Origin: an uncultured Gammaproteobacteria bacterium
GTDB lineage: Bacteria; Patescibacteriota; Microgenomatia; Daviesbacterales; UBA10151
Length of the DNA stretch: 64,000 bases
Direction of reading: 5' to 3'
Assembly (NCBI GenBank): GCA_964649615.1
Contig: CAZYPW010000007.1
Location: forward strand, 8,734 to 72,733
Position numbers and translations under genes: made by a program. Positions 31,459 to 41,139 of the stretch are shown one piece after another (positions within the stretch are counted from its first letter, which is position 1; every line of letters begins with the position of its first letter). Under the pieces are notes generated by a model. It saw only the letters and a list, made by a program, of their open reading frames with translations. It was not told the origin of the DNA and did no database searches.

Positions 31459-32897
31459 ATAGTATACCAGATCCAATTTTTAAAAAAGATTTAGATAAAA
31501 TTTCCTGGAAAAAAATTTATGATAGGGAATATGGAGTACAGTATTCTGAAGCAGCTGTATCTCTTTTGGCTTTTGCGAGTTATCATTTTCCTAAAACTTC
31601 CGTTGCACAAGTTATTATCCCCGGAGAAGGTAACAACACCTCATTTTATATTGATGATGTTTCTTGGCTAGAACTGGTAGAAGGTCTTAATAAGAAATAT
31701 ACTGTTAATGTAAAGCAATTAGAGAAATACGAGAGACAATTTTTATTTGATGGAAAAAATTATTTAAAAATTACTAAAAAAGTATCTAAACTCAATTTAA
31801 AAAAATTAACTAACAAACAACTACTTTCCCTATTTTTAGATCACCAGGACAAGAGGAATAAATACTCAGTGTTTGCTTGGTCTGCTTTTATTTTAAATAA
31901 CTATGTAGCAGACAGAGCAGTATCGATTTTAGAGCCTTACATTAAAAAGCATAATTTAGTAAATCAAAAACAGAGAATTATTGACGCTTTGTTTACACCT
32001 GAAAAACATGCGGCAGTATTACAATTACAACAAGAAGTAGAAAAACATAATGGAAAATTAACAAATAAACAGTTCGATACATTGTATGAGAAATTTAACT
32101 GGCTTTCTTGTTTAGATATTCAAAATAAACCCTGGAGTAAAGAGGAATTTAGACAACACATAAAATCATTTACTAAATCAGATAAAACAAACAAAATATC
32201 ATTTAGAGAAATTGTTAAAAAGTTAAAACCCTCAAAGAAAGATTTAGAATATCTCCAAATGGCAAAAAGGTTTGTTTATATAAAGGATGCAAGAGATGAC
32301 TTTAGGCGAGAAAGCGTATTTTATTCAATCAATTTATGGAAAGAAATAGGAAGAAGGATGGGAATTTCAGCAGAAGATACGAGCTATTTACAAGATTCGG
32401 AAATAATAGCCTTTTTGAAAGACAAGAATAATACTGATTTAGACAAAATTTCTCGATCGAGAAAAAATGGTTTTGTAATATATATTGGTTCCAATAAAAA
32501 AGTAATTTGTTCACAAGGAGACCATATACTTGCTGCTCTTAAGTTATTTAAATTAGACTTTGAGGAAGAGAAAACACAAGAGATAAAAGGAAGAGTTGCA
32601 TCAAAAGGGTTGGCGAAAGGTAATGTAGCAATTGTTAAAGGTGTAAAGGATTTGGATAAAGTAAAAATGGGAGATATCTTAATTGCTGTTACTACTCATC
32701 CGGATTATGTTTCGGCTATGAGGAAGGCTGTGGCAATTGTGACGGATGAAGGTGGAATTACATCTCATGCTGCGATAGTTTCCAGAGAATTTGGAATTCC
32801 TTGTATTGTTGGAACAAAACTTGCAACAAAAGTTTTAAGGGATGGAGATATGGTAGAAGTTGATGCTAACAGTGGGGTTGTAAAGAAACTAAATTAA
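31455..32897 (+). CDS. two-domain protein: unknown ~380 aa N-terminal region plus C-terminal PEP-utilising-enzyme swivelling phosphohistidine domain
   Basis: C-terminus GDILIAVTTHPDYVSAMRKAVAIVTDEGGITSHAAIVSREFGIPCIVGT (GGxTSHAAI catalytic His motif). Stop overlaps the next start (TAATG). Confidence 0.65.
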   Translation: MNSIPDPIFKKDLDKISWKKIYDREYGVQYSEAAVSLLAFASYHFPKTSVAQVIIPGEGNNTSFYIDDVSWLELVEGLNKKYTVNVKQLEKYERQFLFDGKNYLKITKKVSKLNLKKLTNKQLLSLFLDHQDKRNKYSVFAWSAFILNNYVADRAVSILEPYIKKHNLVNQKQRIIDALFTPEKHAAVLQLQQEVEKHNGKLTNKQFDTLYEKFNWLSCLDIQNKPWSKEEFRQHIKSFTKSDKTNKISFREIVKKLKPSKKDLEYLQMAKRFVYIKDARDDFRRESVFYSINLWKEIGRRMGISAEDTSYLQDSEIIAFLKDKNNTDLDKISRSRKNGFVIYIGSNKKVICSQGDHILAALKLFKLDFEEEKTQEIKGRVASKGLAKGNVAIVKGVKDLDKVKMGDILIAVTTHPDYVSAMRKAVAIVTDEGGITSHAAIVSREFGIPCIVGTKLATKVLRDGDMVEVDANSGVVKKLN

Positions 32898-33634
32898 TGT
32901 ATATTAAACTTTTTAATGAAATTTCCAAAAATGATGTAAAGGAGGTAGGTGGTAAGGGTGCATCTTTGGGGGAAATGACTAATGCTGGTATCCCAGTCCC
33001 TCCTGGATTTGTAATTACCACAGAAGCTAATGGTGTAATTCATGAAGAAGAAATATTAAAAGCCTTTGATACGCTAAATACTGAAAGAGTTTCTGTTAGG
33101 TCATCAGCAATCGCTGAAGATTCTTTAAGAGCTTCCTGGGCAGGGCAGTTAGAAACTTATTTAAATGTTACAAGAGAAAATCTAATTGAAAGTATTAAAA
33201 AGTGCCGGGAATCAGTAAAATCAGAAAGGGCAAAAACATATGCCAAGGAATATAGGTTATCAGATGATCAACTGGCTATGGCAGTAGTTATACAAAAAAT
33301 GGTCGATGCTAAAGCAGCTGGAGTTATGTTTACTGCTAATCCTGTAACTTCTGATAAAGAAGAAATAATGATTGAATCAGTTTTGGGATTAGGAGAGAAA
33401 CTTGTACAGGGATCAGTTACTCCGGATAACTTTATTGTTGATAAGGGAAGTGTAGATATAAAAAGTAAAGATTTACAAGGAGAGCAAACCATAGCTGATG
33501 AGGTAGTTAAGAAATTAGTAGAACTGGGAAAAAAGATAGAAAAGCACTGGGGAAGCCCACAAGATATAGAGTGGGCAATTGATACAGATAATATGATTTG
33601 GATCCTTCAATCAAGACCGATTACCAATTTGTAA
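32897..33634 (+). CDS. stand-alone PPDK_N-type ATP/nucleotide-binding domain protein (pyruvate phosphate dikinase / PEP synthase / rifampin phosphotransferase N-domain family)
   Basis: VGGKGASLGEM, VRSSAIAEDSLRASWAGQLETYLNV, AVVIQKMVDAKAAGVMFTANPVT, QDIEWAID...ILQSRPIT. Confidence 0.75.
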   Translation: MYIKLFNEISKNDVKEVGGKGASLGEMTNAGIPVPPGFVITTEANGVIHEEEILKAFDTLNTERVSVRSSAIAEDSLRASWAGQLETYLNVTRENLIESIKKCRESVKSERAKTYAKEYRLSDDQLAMAVVIQKMVDAKAAGVMFTANPVTSDKEEIMIESVLGLGEKLVQGSVTPDNFIVDKGSVDIKSKDLQGEQTIADEVVKKLVELGKKIEKHWGSPQDIEWAIDTDNMIWILQSRPITNL

Positions 33635-33670
33635 ACGATAGATTTTTTTAAGTTTTGGTATACTTCAGTC

Positions 33671-34477
33671 ATGAATAAACCAATTATTACTTTAACTTCT
33701 GATTTTGGAGTACAGAGTCAAGGAGTTGGAAATATGGAAGGGGTAATTGCCCAAATTGCCCCGGATGCCCGGATTATCCATCTAATGCATGGTTTACCCA
33801 GTTTTGATATCAGAGCTGGGGCACGCACCATGGAAGTTATCCAATTTATGCCTGTCGGTTTTCATGTATGTGTAGTTGATCCAGGAGTTGGTACATCCCG
33901 CAAGCCGATAATAATTCAGGTTAAAAGGGGAGATTATTTTATTGGTCCAGATAATGGAGTTTTTATATCTGCAGTTAATATTCTAGGAGGTCCCAAAAAA
34001 GTAGTAGAAATTACCAATCCTAAATTTATGATCCAGCCAGTTTCACCTATTTTTCATGGTAGACATATTTTTGTCCCGGCTGCAGCATATCTTGCTAAAG
34101 GTATCCAGATTGAAGAGTTTGGTTCAAAATTATCCTTTGATCAATTAGCCCCTGCTCCATATACAGAAGCTGTTTTAAGCAAGGGTGTGATAAATGCTGA
34201 AGTAATTAATATCAATAAATTCGGCTCGCTCAACCTTAATATTCTTCATAGTGTTTGGGATCAATTGAATCTTATGCTTGGACAAGTTGTAACAATTACC
34301 TTCAATCATAAAACAATGAAAATGCCTTTTGTAGAAACTTTTGGTCAGGTTAAGCCAGGCGAAGCTTTAGTTTTAAAAGATGATTATGGCAGGGTAGAAG
34401 TGGCCATTAATTTAGGAGATTTTGCCAAAAAATATCAGATTAAAATCGGTGATAAATTTAAATTTAGCAAACTTTAA
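33671..34477 (+). CDS. SAM hydroxide adenosyltransferase / DUF62 (fluorinase-chlorinase-like SAM hydrolase) family protein
   Basis: ITLTSDFG, VVDPGVGTSRK, PDNG, IFHGRHIF, ETFG...GEALVL. Strong match to COG1912-type proteins. Confidence 0.85.
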   Translation: MNKPIITLTSDFGVQSQGVGNMEGVIAQIAPDARIIHLMHGLPSFDIRAGARTMEVIQFMPVGFHVCVVDPGVGTSRKPIIIQVKRGDYFIGPDNGVFISAVNILGGPKKVVEITNPKFMIQPVSPIFHGRHIFVPAAAYLAKGIQIEEFGSKLSFDQLAPAPYTEAVLSKGVINAEVININKFGSLNLNILHSVWDQLNLMLGQVVTITFNHKTMKMPFVETFGQVKPGEALVLKDDYGRVEVAINLGDFAKKYQIKIGDKFKFSKL

Positions 34478-34496
34478 TTAAAAGCCAAACCTAAAA

Positions 34497-34766
34497 TTAT
34501 TTAATCTCAAATTCTGAAAAGTTTTTAAGGGGATCTTTTCTTATTTCTACTTCTTCGACTTTGGCCAAAGTAGGGCTTTTGTGGCACCATGCCAAGAATT
34601 TATTTAAATTTTCCTTTTCCCCTTCAGCTTCTATATAAACAGACCCATCCTTTTCATTTCTGGCAAAACCTTTAATAGATAATTTATCTGCTTGGTCTTT
34701 GGCAGATACTCTAAAAAATACTCCCTGAACTAACCCTGTGACTTTAATATTTAAATGTTTTTTCAT
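34497..34766 (-). CDS. acyP: acylphosphatase
   Basis: VTGLVQGVFFRVSAKDQADKLSIKGFARNEKDGSVYIEAEGE. Confidence 0.85.
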   Translation of the reverse strand: MKKHLNIKVTGLVQGVFFRVSAKDQADKLSIKGFARNEKDGSVYIEAEGEKENLNKFLAWCHKSPTLAKVEEVEIRKDPLKNFSEFEIK

Positions 34767-35554
34767 GTAAAATCCAAAACTAAAGGAAGATGATCAGAAA
34801 CCTCTTCTTCTAAAACCTTAAAATCTTTCAAATTGATATCTGAAGAGATAAAAGCATAATCTGCAAATTTTTGGAAATTTGGGGTTTTAGCATAAGGGCT
34901 TAAGTCACTTCTAGTTCTTGGGATATTATATTCTTTAATTAAATTTCTTAAATTCTCCTCAAATAGATTAATACACCTTGTATTGGGTAAGAGATTAAAG
35001 TCTCCAACAATTATCTTTGATCCAGTTTTAGAATTCATAATTTCTAATACTTTTTTGGTCTCCTTAAATCTATTTGGAGAATCAAGTTTATTAAAAGGAT
35101 ATGCAGTACCATGAAAGTTAAAAACCGAGAATTCTCTACCATCTACACTAAAACTAATATATTGAAGTGGAGTGGCCAGATTAGAAAAATCTGGCTTTAA
35201 AGCTCTAAAAGAATGATCCTGATATATAAAATAATCCTGATGGGAAGTTATTTTAATAGAATCTTTAACAAAAATAGCAGAACCATACTTTAGATCAAAT
35301 TTTACTTTGTGAGGCTTTATATCAGTATCAAATCCTTCTAAAGTTGGAAAGTAAAATACCCTAAATTTTGGTAAAATAATTCTTATTTCCTCAAGTAGAT
35401 TGGTCTGAATACTTTTCTGCAATTTTTTATCAGATTTTGTGGAATATATTTCTTGAAAACAGAAGATATCAGTATCTTTTGACTGATGTTTGATAAACTG
35501 GATTAGTGGTCTATACATTTTCCCACCCCAAGTATTTAGCGAAATAAGCTTCAT
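34763..35554 (-). CDS. endonuclease/exonuclease/phosphatase (EEP) family protein, tandem paralog 1
   Basis: MKLISLNTWGG...DIFCFQEI...GDFN...SDHLPLVLDF. Confidence 0.75.
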   Translation of the reverse strand: MKLISLNTWGGKMYRPLIQFIKHQSKDTDIFCFQEIYSTKSDKKLQKSIQTNLLEEIRIILPKFRVFYFPTLEGFDTDIKPHKVKFDLKYGSAIFVKDSIKITSHQDYFIYQDHSFRALKPDFSNLATPLQYISFSVDGREFSVFNFHGTAYPFNKLDSPNRFKETKKVLEIMNSKTGSKIIVGDFNLLPNTRCINLFEENLRNLIKEYNIPRTRSDLSPYAKTPNFQKFADYAFISSDINLKDFKVLEEEVSDHLPLVLDFT

Positions 35555-35558
35555 AATT

Positions 35559-36338
35559 TTATGAAAACTCCAGAATCATGGGTAGATGATCAGATATCTC
35601 AATATCTGGAACCTGAAATTCTAAAACTTTTACATTAGGGGATACTAAAGTGTAATCTGCAAATTTGTCACCCCAGGTATAAAGCTTACTTCTGGTAGTA
35701 GGAATTTTATTTTCCTTAATTAAATTTATTAAATCTCGTTCTAAAATTTTTAGACTCTTGGTATTTATATTTAAATTAAAATCTCCACATAATATTTTTG
35801 CTTCCTCTTTATATTGAGCCAAAAAGTTAACAACTTTTTCAGACTGGCTAATTCTTGATGAATGATCTACCTTTTTCCCTTTTCTCCATACTCCATGTAA
35901 GTTACAAACGATGAACTTTTTATTTTGGTGGGCGAATGTTATATATTGCATATTTCTTGGTAGGGTATTTAAATCTTTGGGATTAAAACTATCTTTGGTA
36001 CGAAATACAAAAAAATCCCGGTATGAAGTAACTGGTAATTTTTTATTGATAAATATAGCTAACCCCCAGGAAAGATTAAAATTTATAAAATTAGGTTGAA
36101 AACTACCAGCTATGTAATTATCTACACAGGATGCAAAGTATCCTCGGTATTCAGGTAAGATTTTACAAAACTCCTCATACAGATTTAATCTAAAGCCTGC
36201 ACTTTCAGTAATATTAGAAGTTGTTTTAAACACTTCTTGCAGACAAAAAATATCAGTATCTTGTGAGTATTTCTTTATGAAATCCATTAAGGGTTGATAC
36301 ATTCTTCCTCCCCAGGTATTTAGCGCAATAAGCTTCAT
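35559..36338 (-). CDS. endonuclease/exonuclease/phosphatase (EEP) family protein, tandem paralog 2
   Basis: MKLIALNTWGGRMYQPLMDFIKKYSQDTDIFCLQEV...GDFN...SDHLPMILEF. Start set at the internal Met aligned to paralog 1. The ORF-track N-terminal extension is the reverse translation of the tRNA below. Confidence 0.7.
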   Translation of the reverse strand: MKLIALNTWGGRMYQPLMDFIKKYSQDTDIFCLQEVFKTTSNITESAGFRLNLYEEFCKILPEYRGYFASCVDNYIAGSFQPNFINFNLSWGLAIFINKKLPVTSYRDFFVFRTKDSFNPKDLNTLPRNMQYITFAHQNKKFIVCNLHGVWRKGKKVDHSSRISQSEKVVNFLAQYKEEAKILCGDFNLNINTKSLKILERDLINLIKENKIPTTRSKLYTWGDKFADYTLVSPNVKVLEFQVPDIEISDHLPMILEFS

Positions 36339-36379
36339 ACATAGAATTATACTCGAGTAGGTGGTAAAATTTAAGACTA

Positions 36380-36451
36380 CGGAGTGTAGTTCATCGGTAG
36401 AACGCTCGGCTGGGGGTCGAGAAGTAGGAGGTCCAATTCCTCTCACTCCGA
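36380..36451 (+). tRNA. tRNA-Pro (anticodon GGG)
   Basis: Hand-folded cloverleaf. 7-bp acceptor with C1:G72 and A73 (bacterial tRNA-Pro identity elements). U8, D-arm GUUC/GAAC with G18G19. Anticodon loop C-U33-GGG-G37-G. T-stem GGAGG/CCUCU. T-loop UCCAAUU (C at position 55). No encoded CCA. Confidence 0.7.
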
Positions 36452-36545
36452 CTTTTGTTATGTATATCCATGTATCCATACATAAATACACTAAGTAATT
36501 TTTGGGGTATTGACACCTTTGGGATATATTTGGTAATTTTAATTT

Positions 36546-38969
36546 ATGGCACAAACTTCAAATAACAACGAAGCTAAAAAAGCTGCAATTTCTGCTGCTA
36601 TGGCCCAGATTCAAAAAACTTACGGGACTGGTTCTATTATGAGGCTTGGTGAAAGAGCGGAAAAAATGACCACCCAGGTGATCTCCACAGGTTCTATTGC
36701 TTTGGATTTGGCGCTGGGAGTGGGAGGTCTTCCCAAAGGCAGGATTATTGAGGTTTATGGGCCTGAGGCGGGAGGAAAATGTGTTTCAACAGATACTATT
36801 GTTTTTACAGAACATGGAATGTTACCTATTGGTGTTTTCGGTGATTTATTTAAACCAGGCTTTCAAAAAAAGAATTTAAGCATATATTCTGAAGGTGGAA
36901 CTGCTACAACAAGCCACTTCTATAATAGTGGTTTTAAAAAAACTATTAAGATAAAAACTGCGTATGGTTATGAATTAGAGGCAACGCCTAATCATAGAAT
37001 TAGAATTATAGATAAAAAAGGTGACTACGTTTTTAGACGTTTAGATAAGTTGAAAGAAGGTGATCGGGTCGCTATACAGAGAGGCCAGGGGTATTTTGGT
37101 CAAGGTGTAAATTTATCTAATTTCAGATATATATTATCAAGGTACAATAACGGAAAGGAGTATGATGCTCCTTTAACAATTGATTCTCAGTTAGCGAAGT
37201 TAATGGGATATTTAGTTGGTGATGGCACATGTACATTAACAGGTTTGAGTAAAAATACTATTAGCATAACTATTGCCGATGACGAAGTAGCAGCAGATTT
37301 TATAGAAGTTTGTCTAAATATATTTGGTGAAGAACCAAAGGTGACTTTAGATAAACGTAGTAAAAATACTAAACAGTTTCGTATCCATAACGCCAAAGCT
37401 CGTTCATTTTTAGCCTATTGCGGTTTAGATTATAACTCCGCCGCAGATAAGCATATTCCTTACTCAATTATGCAGTCACCAAAACCGGTTGTAACCTCTT
37501 TTTTATCAGCTATATTTGAAACAGATGGGTGTTTCGTAACTAATACTATCGAATACTGTTCCAAATCAAAGGTTCTGGTTAGACAGATCCAGACTGTGCT
37601 ATTAAATTTTGGGATTATATCTAGGTTAAAAACTAGGATAGTAAGCGATAAGGAATACTTTTATCTTTACATTGATGGGCGTAACGATTTAGAGATATTT
37701 GCTCAAAATATTGGTTTTATTTCAATTAGAAAACAAAATAAATTACTGTCTTATACAGAAAAAAAAGTTAGTCAATATCAAAGTAATTGTGATACTTTAC
37801 CTATAAATAGAAAGATCCAGCAGTTAATGATAGATTATCGTAAAGGTGTAGGTACTACTACCAGAGAACACTGGGATGTAGTGTATGACTATCTACCTCA
37901 AACATCAGGATTTTCTATGCTGACATATCCACGCCTTAATAAAATATTAAAGACGTTTATTTCGGCTCAAACATTGGCAATTTACCAACACCTAAAGGAA
38001 ATATACTCAAAAAATATCTTTTATGACAGAATTGTCCGTATCTCTCCCTCTAAGTCAGTGGTAGTAGATTTTACTGTACCTTCTACAGCCTCCTTTTTTG
38101 GTAATGGATTTATTAATCATAATACTAGCATTTGCTTACATGTTATTGCAGAGGCTCAAAAAAAGGGTGGGGTGGCAGCTTTTATAGATGCAGAGCATGC
38201 GCTAGACCCACAAAGGGCCCAAAAAATTGGGGTGAACTTAGATGATCTTTTAATTTCCCAGCCTGATACAGGGGAGCAGGCCTTAGAAATTGCGGAGAGC
38301 CTCATACGCTCCGGGGGGATTGATGTTTTAGTGATAGATTCTGTAGCGGCATTGGTTCCCAGAGCTGAACTGGAAGGTGAGATGGGTGATGCGGTTATGG
38401 GGATGCAAGCCCGTTTAATGTCGCAAGCATTACGTAAGCTGACAGGAGCTGTTTCTAATACAAACACAATCATTATTTTTACAAATCAGCTGCGTCAAAA
38501 AATTGGGGTAATGTTTGGAAATCCGGAAACAACAACAGGGGGATTAGCTCTTAAGTTTTATTCATCAATAAGACTGGACGTCAGGAAAATTGAGAATATA
38601 AAGTCTGGTGATATGGTGGTGGGCTCAAGGCATAGAGTTAAAGTGGTTAAAAACAAAGTGGCTCCCCCATTTAGAATTGCAGAATTTGATATGGATGAAA
38701 ATGGAATTATTCATGAAGGAGAGATTTTGGATGTTGGTATAGAATTGGGGATTTTAACCAAGTCCGGAGCATTTTTAAAATGGGGAGAGAATATGTTAGG
38801 ACAAGGTAGAACTGCAGCTATAGATTATTTAAAGGCTAATAAAAAAGAAGCGGAAAAATTAGAGAAAGAAATAAGGGAAGCTTGGGGCAAACAAAAGGAA
38901 GGCAAAGAGAAAATAGTAGTAGGACCGCAAGAAGAAGAGGGCGCAGGAACCGTAGAAGAAGCCGTATAA
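36546..38969 (+). CDS. recA: recombinase RecA precursor containing a 448-aa intein (mature extein about 359 aa)
   Basis: Extein [30 protein letters not shown] | intein | [29 protein letters not shown]... L2 loop and C-terminal domain intact. Confidence 0.92.
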   Translation: MAQTSNNNEAKKAAISAAMAQIQKTYGTGSIMRLGERAEKMTTQVISTGSIALDLALGVGGLPKGRIIEVYGPEAGGKCVSTDTIVFTEHGMLPIGVFGDLFKPGFQKKNLSIYSEGGTATTSHFYNSGFKKTIKIKTAYGYELEATPNHRIRIIDKKGDYVFRRLDKLKEGDRVAIQRGQGYFGQGVNLSNFRYILSRYNNGKEYDAPLTIDSQLAKLMGYLVGDGTCTLTGLSKNTISITIADDEVAADFIEVCLNIFGEEPKVTLDKRSKNTKQFRIHNAKARSFLAYCGLDYNSAADKHIPYSIMQSPKPVVTSFLSAIFETDGCFVTNTIEYCSKSKVLVRQIQTVLLNFGIISRLKTRIVSDKEYFYLYIDGRNDLEIFAQNIGFISIRKQNKLLSYTEKKVSQYQSNCDTLPINRKIQQLMIDYRKGVGTTTREHWDVVYDYLPQTSGFSMLTYPRLNKILKTFISAQTLAIYQHLKEIYSKNIFYDRIVRISPSKSVVVDFTVPSTASFFGNGFINHNTSICLHVIAEAQKKGGVAAFIDAEHALDPQRAQKIGVNLDDLLISQPDTGEQALEIAESLIRSGGIDVLVIDSVAALVPRAELEGEMGDAVMGMQARLMSQALRKLTGAVSNTNTIIIFTNQLRQKIGVMFGNPETTTGGLALKFYSSIRLDVRKIENIKSGDMVVGSRHRVKVVKNKVAPPFRIAEFDMDENGIIHEGEILDVGIELGILTKSGAFLKWGENMLGQGRTAAIDYLKANKKEAEKLEKEIREAWGKQKEGKEKIVVGPQEEEGAGTVEEAV
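36780..38123 (+). mobile_element. intein with LAGLIDADG homing-endonuclease domain inserted in the RecA Walker A P-loop
   Basis: Starts with Cys after GGK. Block B TPNHRI. LAGLIDADG-like motifs [10 protein letters not shown] and [12 protein letters not shown]. Ends ...NGFINHN followed by +1 Thr. In-frame with the extein. Confidence 0.85.
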
Positions 38970-38978
38970 TATTCTTTA

Positions 38979-39686
38979 ATGCCCAAAGTTACTTTATTAG
39001 AACCACAAAAGTCGTCCAAAGGACGATCTGCCTATGGCGGAAAAAACCCACACAGATTTAATATTTTTTTAGATGGTACTTTTGCTTTCGGAGCGGATGA
39101 GGATTTAGTTATTGAGCATCGGTTAGTGGTGGGAAAAATACTTGACACATCCGATGTGAAAAAACTGTTATTTGAGGTAGAAGTTGGTAAGCTGATGGAA
39201 CGAATGTATCGGTTATGGAATATTAGACCTAGATCAGAGAAAGAAATAAGAGATTATTTAAAAAGTTTATCTTTTAAAAGAAAAATTAAGGATCAAGAAG
39301 ACATTTCTGATGCAGCAGTTGAGCTTTTAATAAATAAATTAAAACAAAAGGGGTTATTAAATGATGAACAATTTGCTAATGTCTGGGTGGAAGCAAGAAG
39401 AAAAAGCAAGAAAAAGGGCAAGATTGCCCTAAAGATGGAACTTATTCAAAAGGGGATTAATAGAGATATTATAAATGAGGCAATTAAACAGTCTTCTGAA
39501 GAAGAACAACTATTAGCTGAGAGGGCTTTAGAGAAAAAAATAAAGGTTTGGGAAAAATTGCCTTACTTGGAATTTAAGAAAAAAGGCATGGAGTTTTTAT
39601 TAAGGCGTGGATTTGAATATGATGTAATCAAAAGTACAATTGAAAAAATCTTACAAAAGAGATACAATAGCAGAGAAGAAGAATGA
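38979..39686 (+). CDS. recX: RecA regulator RecX
   Basis: Immediately downstream of recA. N-terminal RFNIFLDGTFAFGADEDLVIEHRLVVGK resembles Firmicutes RecX. Repeated three-helix motifs with KGLLNDEQFA. Confidence 0.75.
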   Translation: MPKVTLLEPQKSSKGRSAYGGKNPHRFNIFLDGTFAFGADEDLVIEHRLVVGKILDTSDVKKLLFEVEVGKLMERMYRLWNIRPRSEKEIRDYLKSLSFKRKIKDQEDISDAAVELLINKLKQKGLLNDEQFANVWVEARRKSKKKGKIALKMELIQKGINRDIINEAIKQSSEEEQLLAERALEKKIKVWEKLPYLEFKKKGMEFLLRRGFEYDVIKSTIEKILQKRYNSREEE

Positions 39687-39767
39687 GTAAAGTTATGATG
39701 AAATTCTTATCATTTTTAACTCCTCGATACTCTAAGTAATTAGAGTAATTTTTGATTCTTCTAAAAT

Positions 39768-41138
39768 ATGCAACGTTCATTTGGGCCAATTAAATCTGAT
39801 CAGCCTTCTGTTCCATCAACTGGGGGGGACCTGCCTGCTGGCAGGCAGGATTTTTCACAAAAAGAAGCAGAACTGGCAAAACGCGAAGGCATTTTGGAAG
39901 AAAGAGAAAGGCAAATCTCAGAGAAAAATAAGACTCTGGATGATAAATTAGATCAAGTCGAAAAAGCTAGATTAGATCTCATAGAAAAGTTAGAAAAATC
40001 CTCCAAGATATCCTCAGATGAGGCAAAGAAAATTATTTTAGAACAAGTTGAGAAAGATTTAGCAACTGAAGTATCCAAAAAAATAAAAGAAGCAGAAGAA
40101 GAAATAAAACTCTCAGCTGATGAAAAAGCTAAAGAGATTTTAGCTGAAGCAATGCAGCATGGCTTTACTGATGTAATTTCAGAGTTTACTACTTCACGTA
40201 TTAATTTATCAGATGAAGAAGTAAAAGGTAGAATCATTGGCAAAGAAGGAAGAAATATTAGGACATTTGAACAAGCAACAGGGGTGGATGTAATCATGGA
40301 TGATGAAATCCCTAATAGTCTAATTATTTCTTCTTTTGATTCTGTCAGGAGGGAAATTGCCAAAGTTGCCTTAGAGCGGCTTATTGCGGATGGAAGAATT
40401 CAACCCCAAAGGATAGAAGAAATTGTTCAAAAAACGACTGAAGAATTTGAAAAAATTATGCTGCAAGCAGGCGAGAAACTTTGCAGCGATGGAGGAGTAT
40501 ATAATTTACCTGCTGATTTGGTGAAGCTTTTAGGCCGTTTTAAATATAGATTTTCTTTTGGCCAAAATTTAATACAGCATACTTTAGAAGAGTTAAGAAT
40601 TGGGGTAGCTTTGGCCAAGGAGATTGGGGCGGATGTTAATATAGTAAGATTGGGTTGTTTACTGCATGATATTGGGAAAGTGGTTACAGAAGGAGATGAA
40701 GGCACACATGTTGATAAAGGGGTTGCTGTTGCCAAGAAATTCCAGATGCCAGAGAAAGTGGTTAATTGTATTGCAGAACATCATGAAGATAAGCCTTTCT
40801 CTTCCATAGAATCTGTATTGGTATATATAGCTGATGCTATTTCTGGTGGTAGGCCTGGAGCCAGGCATGAGAATGTAGAAGATTACATCAAAAGAATGGT
40901 AGACTTGGAAAATATAGCCACCTCTTTTGAGGGTGTAGAAAAGTGCTTTGCAGTCCAAGCAGGAAGAGAAGTTAGAGTAATTGTGATGCCAGATAGAATT
41001 TCAGATGAGCAGTTGCCAAAGTTAGTGCATGATATTGCCCAGAGGATCTCTAAAGAAGTGATGGTTCCAGGTGCAGTTAAAATTACAGCTATAAGAGAGA
41101 CAAGAGTAACTGAGACAACTATGACCACTCCACAATAG
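39768..41138 (+). CDS. rny: ribonuclease Y
   Basis: Coiled-coil N-terminal region, KH domain (IIGKEGRNIRTFEQATGVD), HD domain (LLHDIGK). No N-terminal TM helix; an in-frame stop lies 3 nt upstream of the ATG. Confidence 0.85.
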   Translation: MQRSFGPIKSDQPSVPSTGGDLPAGRQDFSQKEAELAKREGILEERERQISEKNKTLDDKLDQVEKARLDLIEKLEKSSKISSDEAKKIILEQVEKDLATEVSKKIKEAEEEIKLSADEKAKEILAEAMQHGFTDVISEFTTSRINLSDEEVKGRIIGKEGRNIRTFEQATGVDVIMDDEIPNSLIISSFDSVRREIAKVALERLIADGRIQPQRIEEIVQKTTEEFEKIMLQAGEKLCSDGGVYNLPADLVKLLGRFKYRFSFGQNLIQHTLEELRIGVALAKEIGADVNIVRLGCLLHDIGKVVTEGDEGTHVDKGVAVAKKFQMPEKVVNCIAEHHEDKPFSSIESVLVYIADAISGGRPGARHENVEDYIKRMVDLENIATSFEGVEKCFAVQAGREVRVIVMPDRISDEQLPKLVHDIAQRISKEVMVPGAVKITAIRETRVTETTMTTPQ

Positions 41139-41139
41139 G

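Noticed and set aside
36339-36554. N-terminal 72-aa extension of the ORF-track EEP gene (VGVRGIGPPTSRPPAERSTDELH...)
   Set aside because: It is the reverse-strand translation of tRNA-Pro(GGG) and the recA promoter region. The EEP paralog alignment puts the true start at the internal Met (36338).
39830-39850. Perfect 9-bp inverted repeat CCTGCCTGC-TG-GCAGGCAGG inside the rny coding region
   Set aside because: It lies in coding sequence (DLPAGRQD) with no flanking regulatory context. Probably coincidental.
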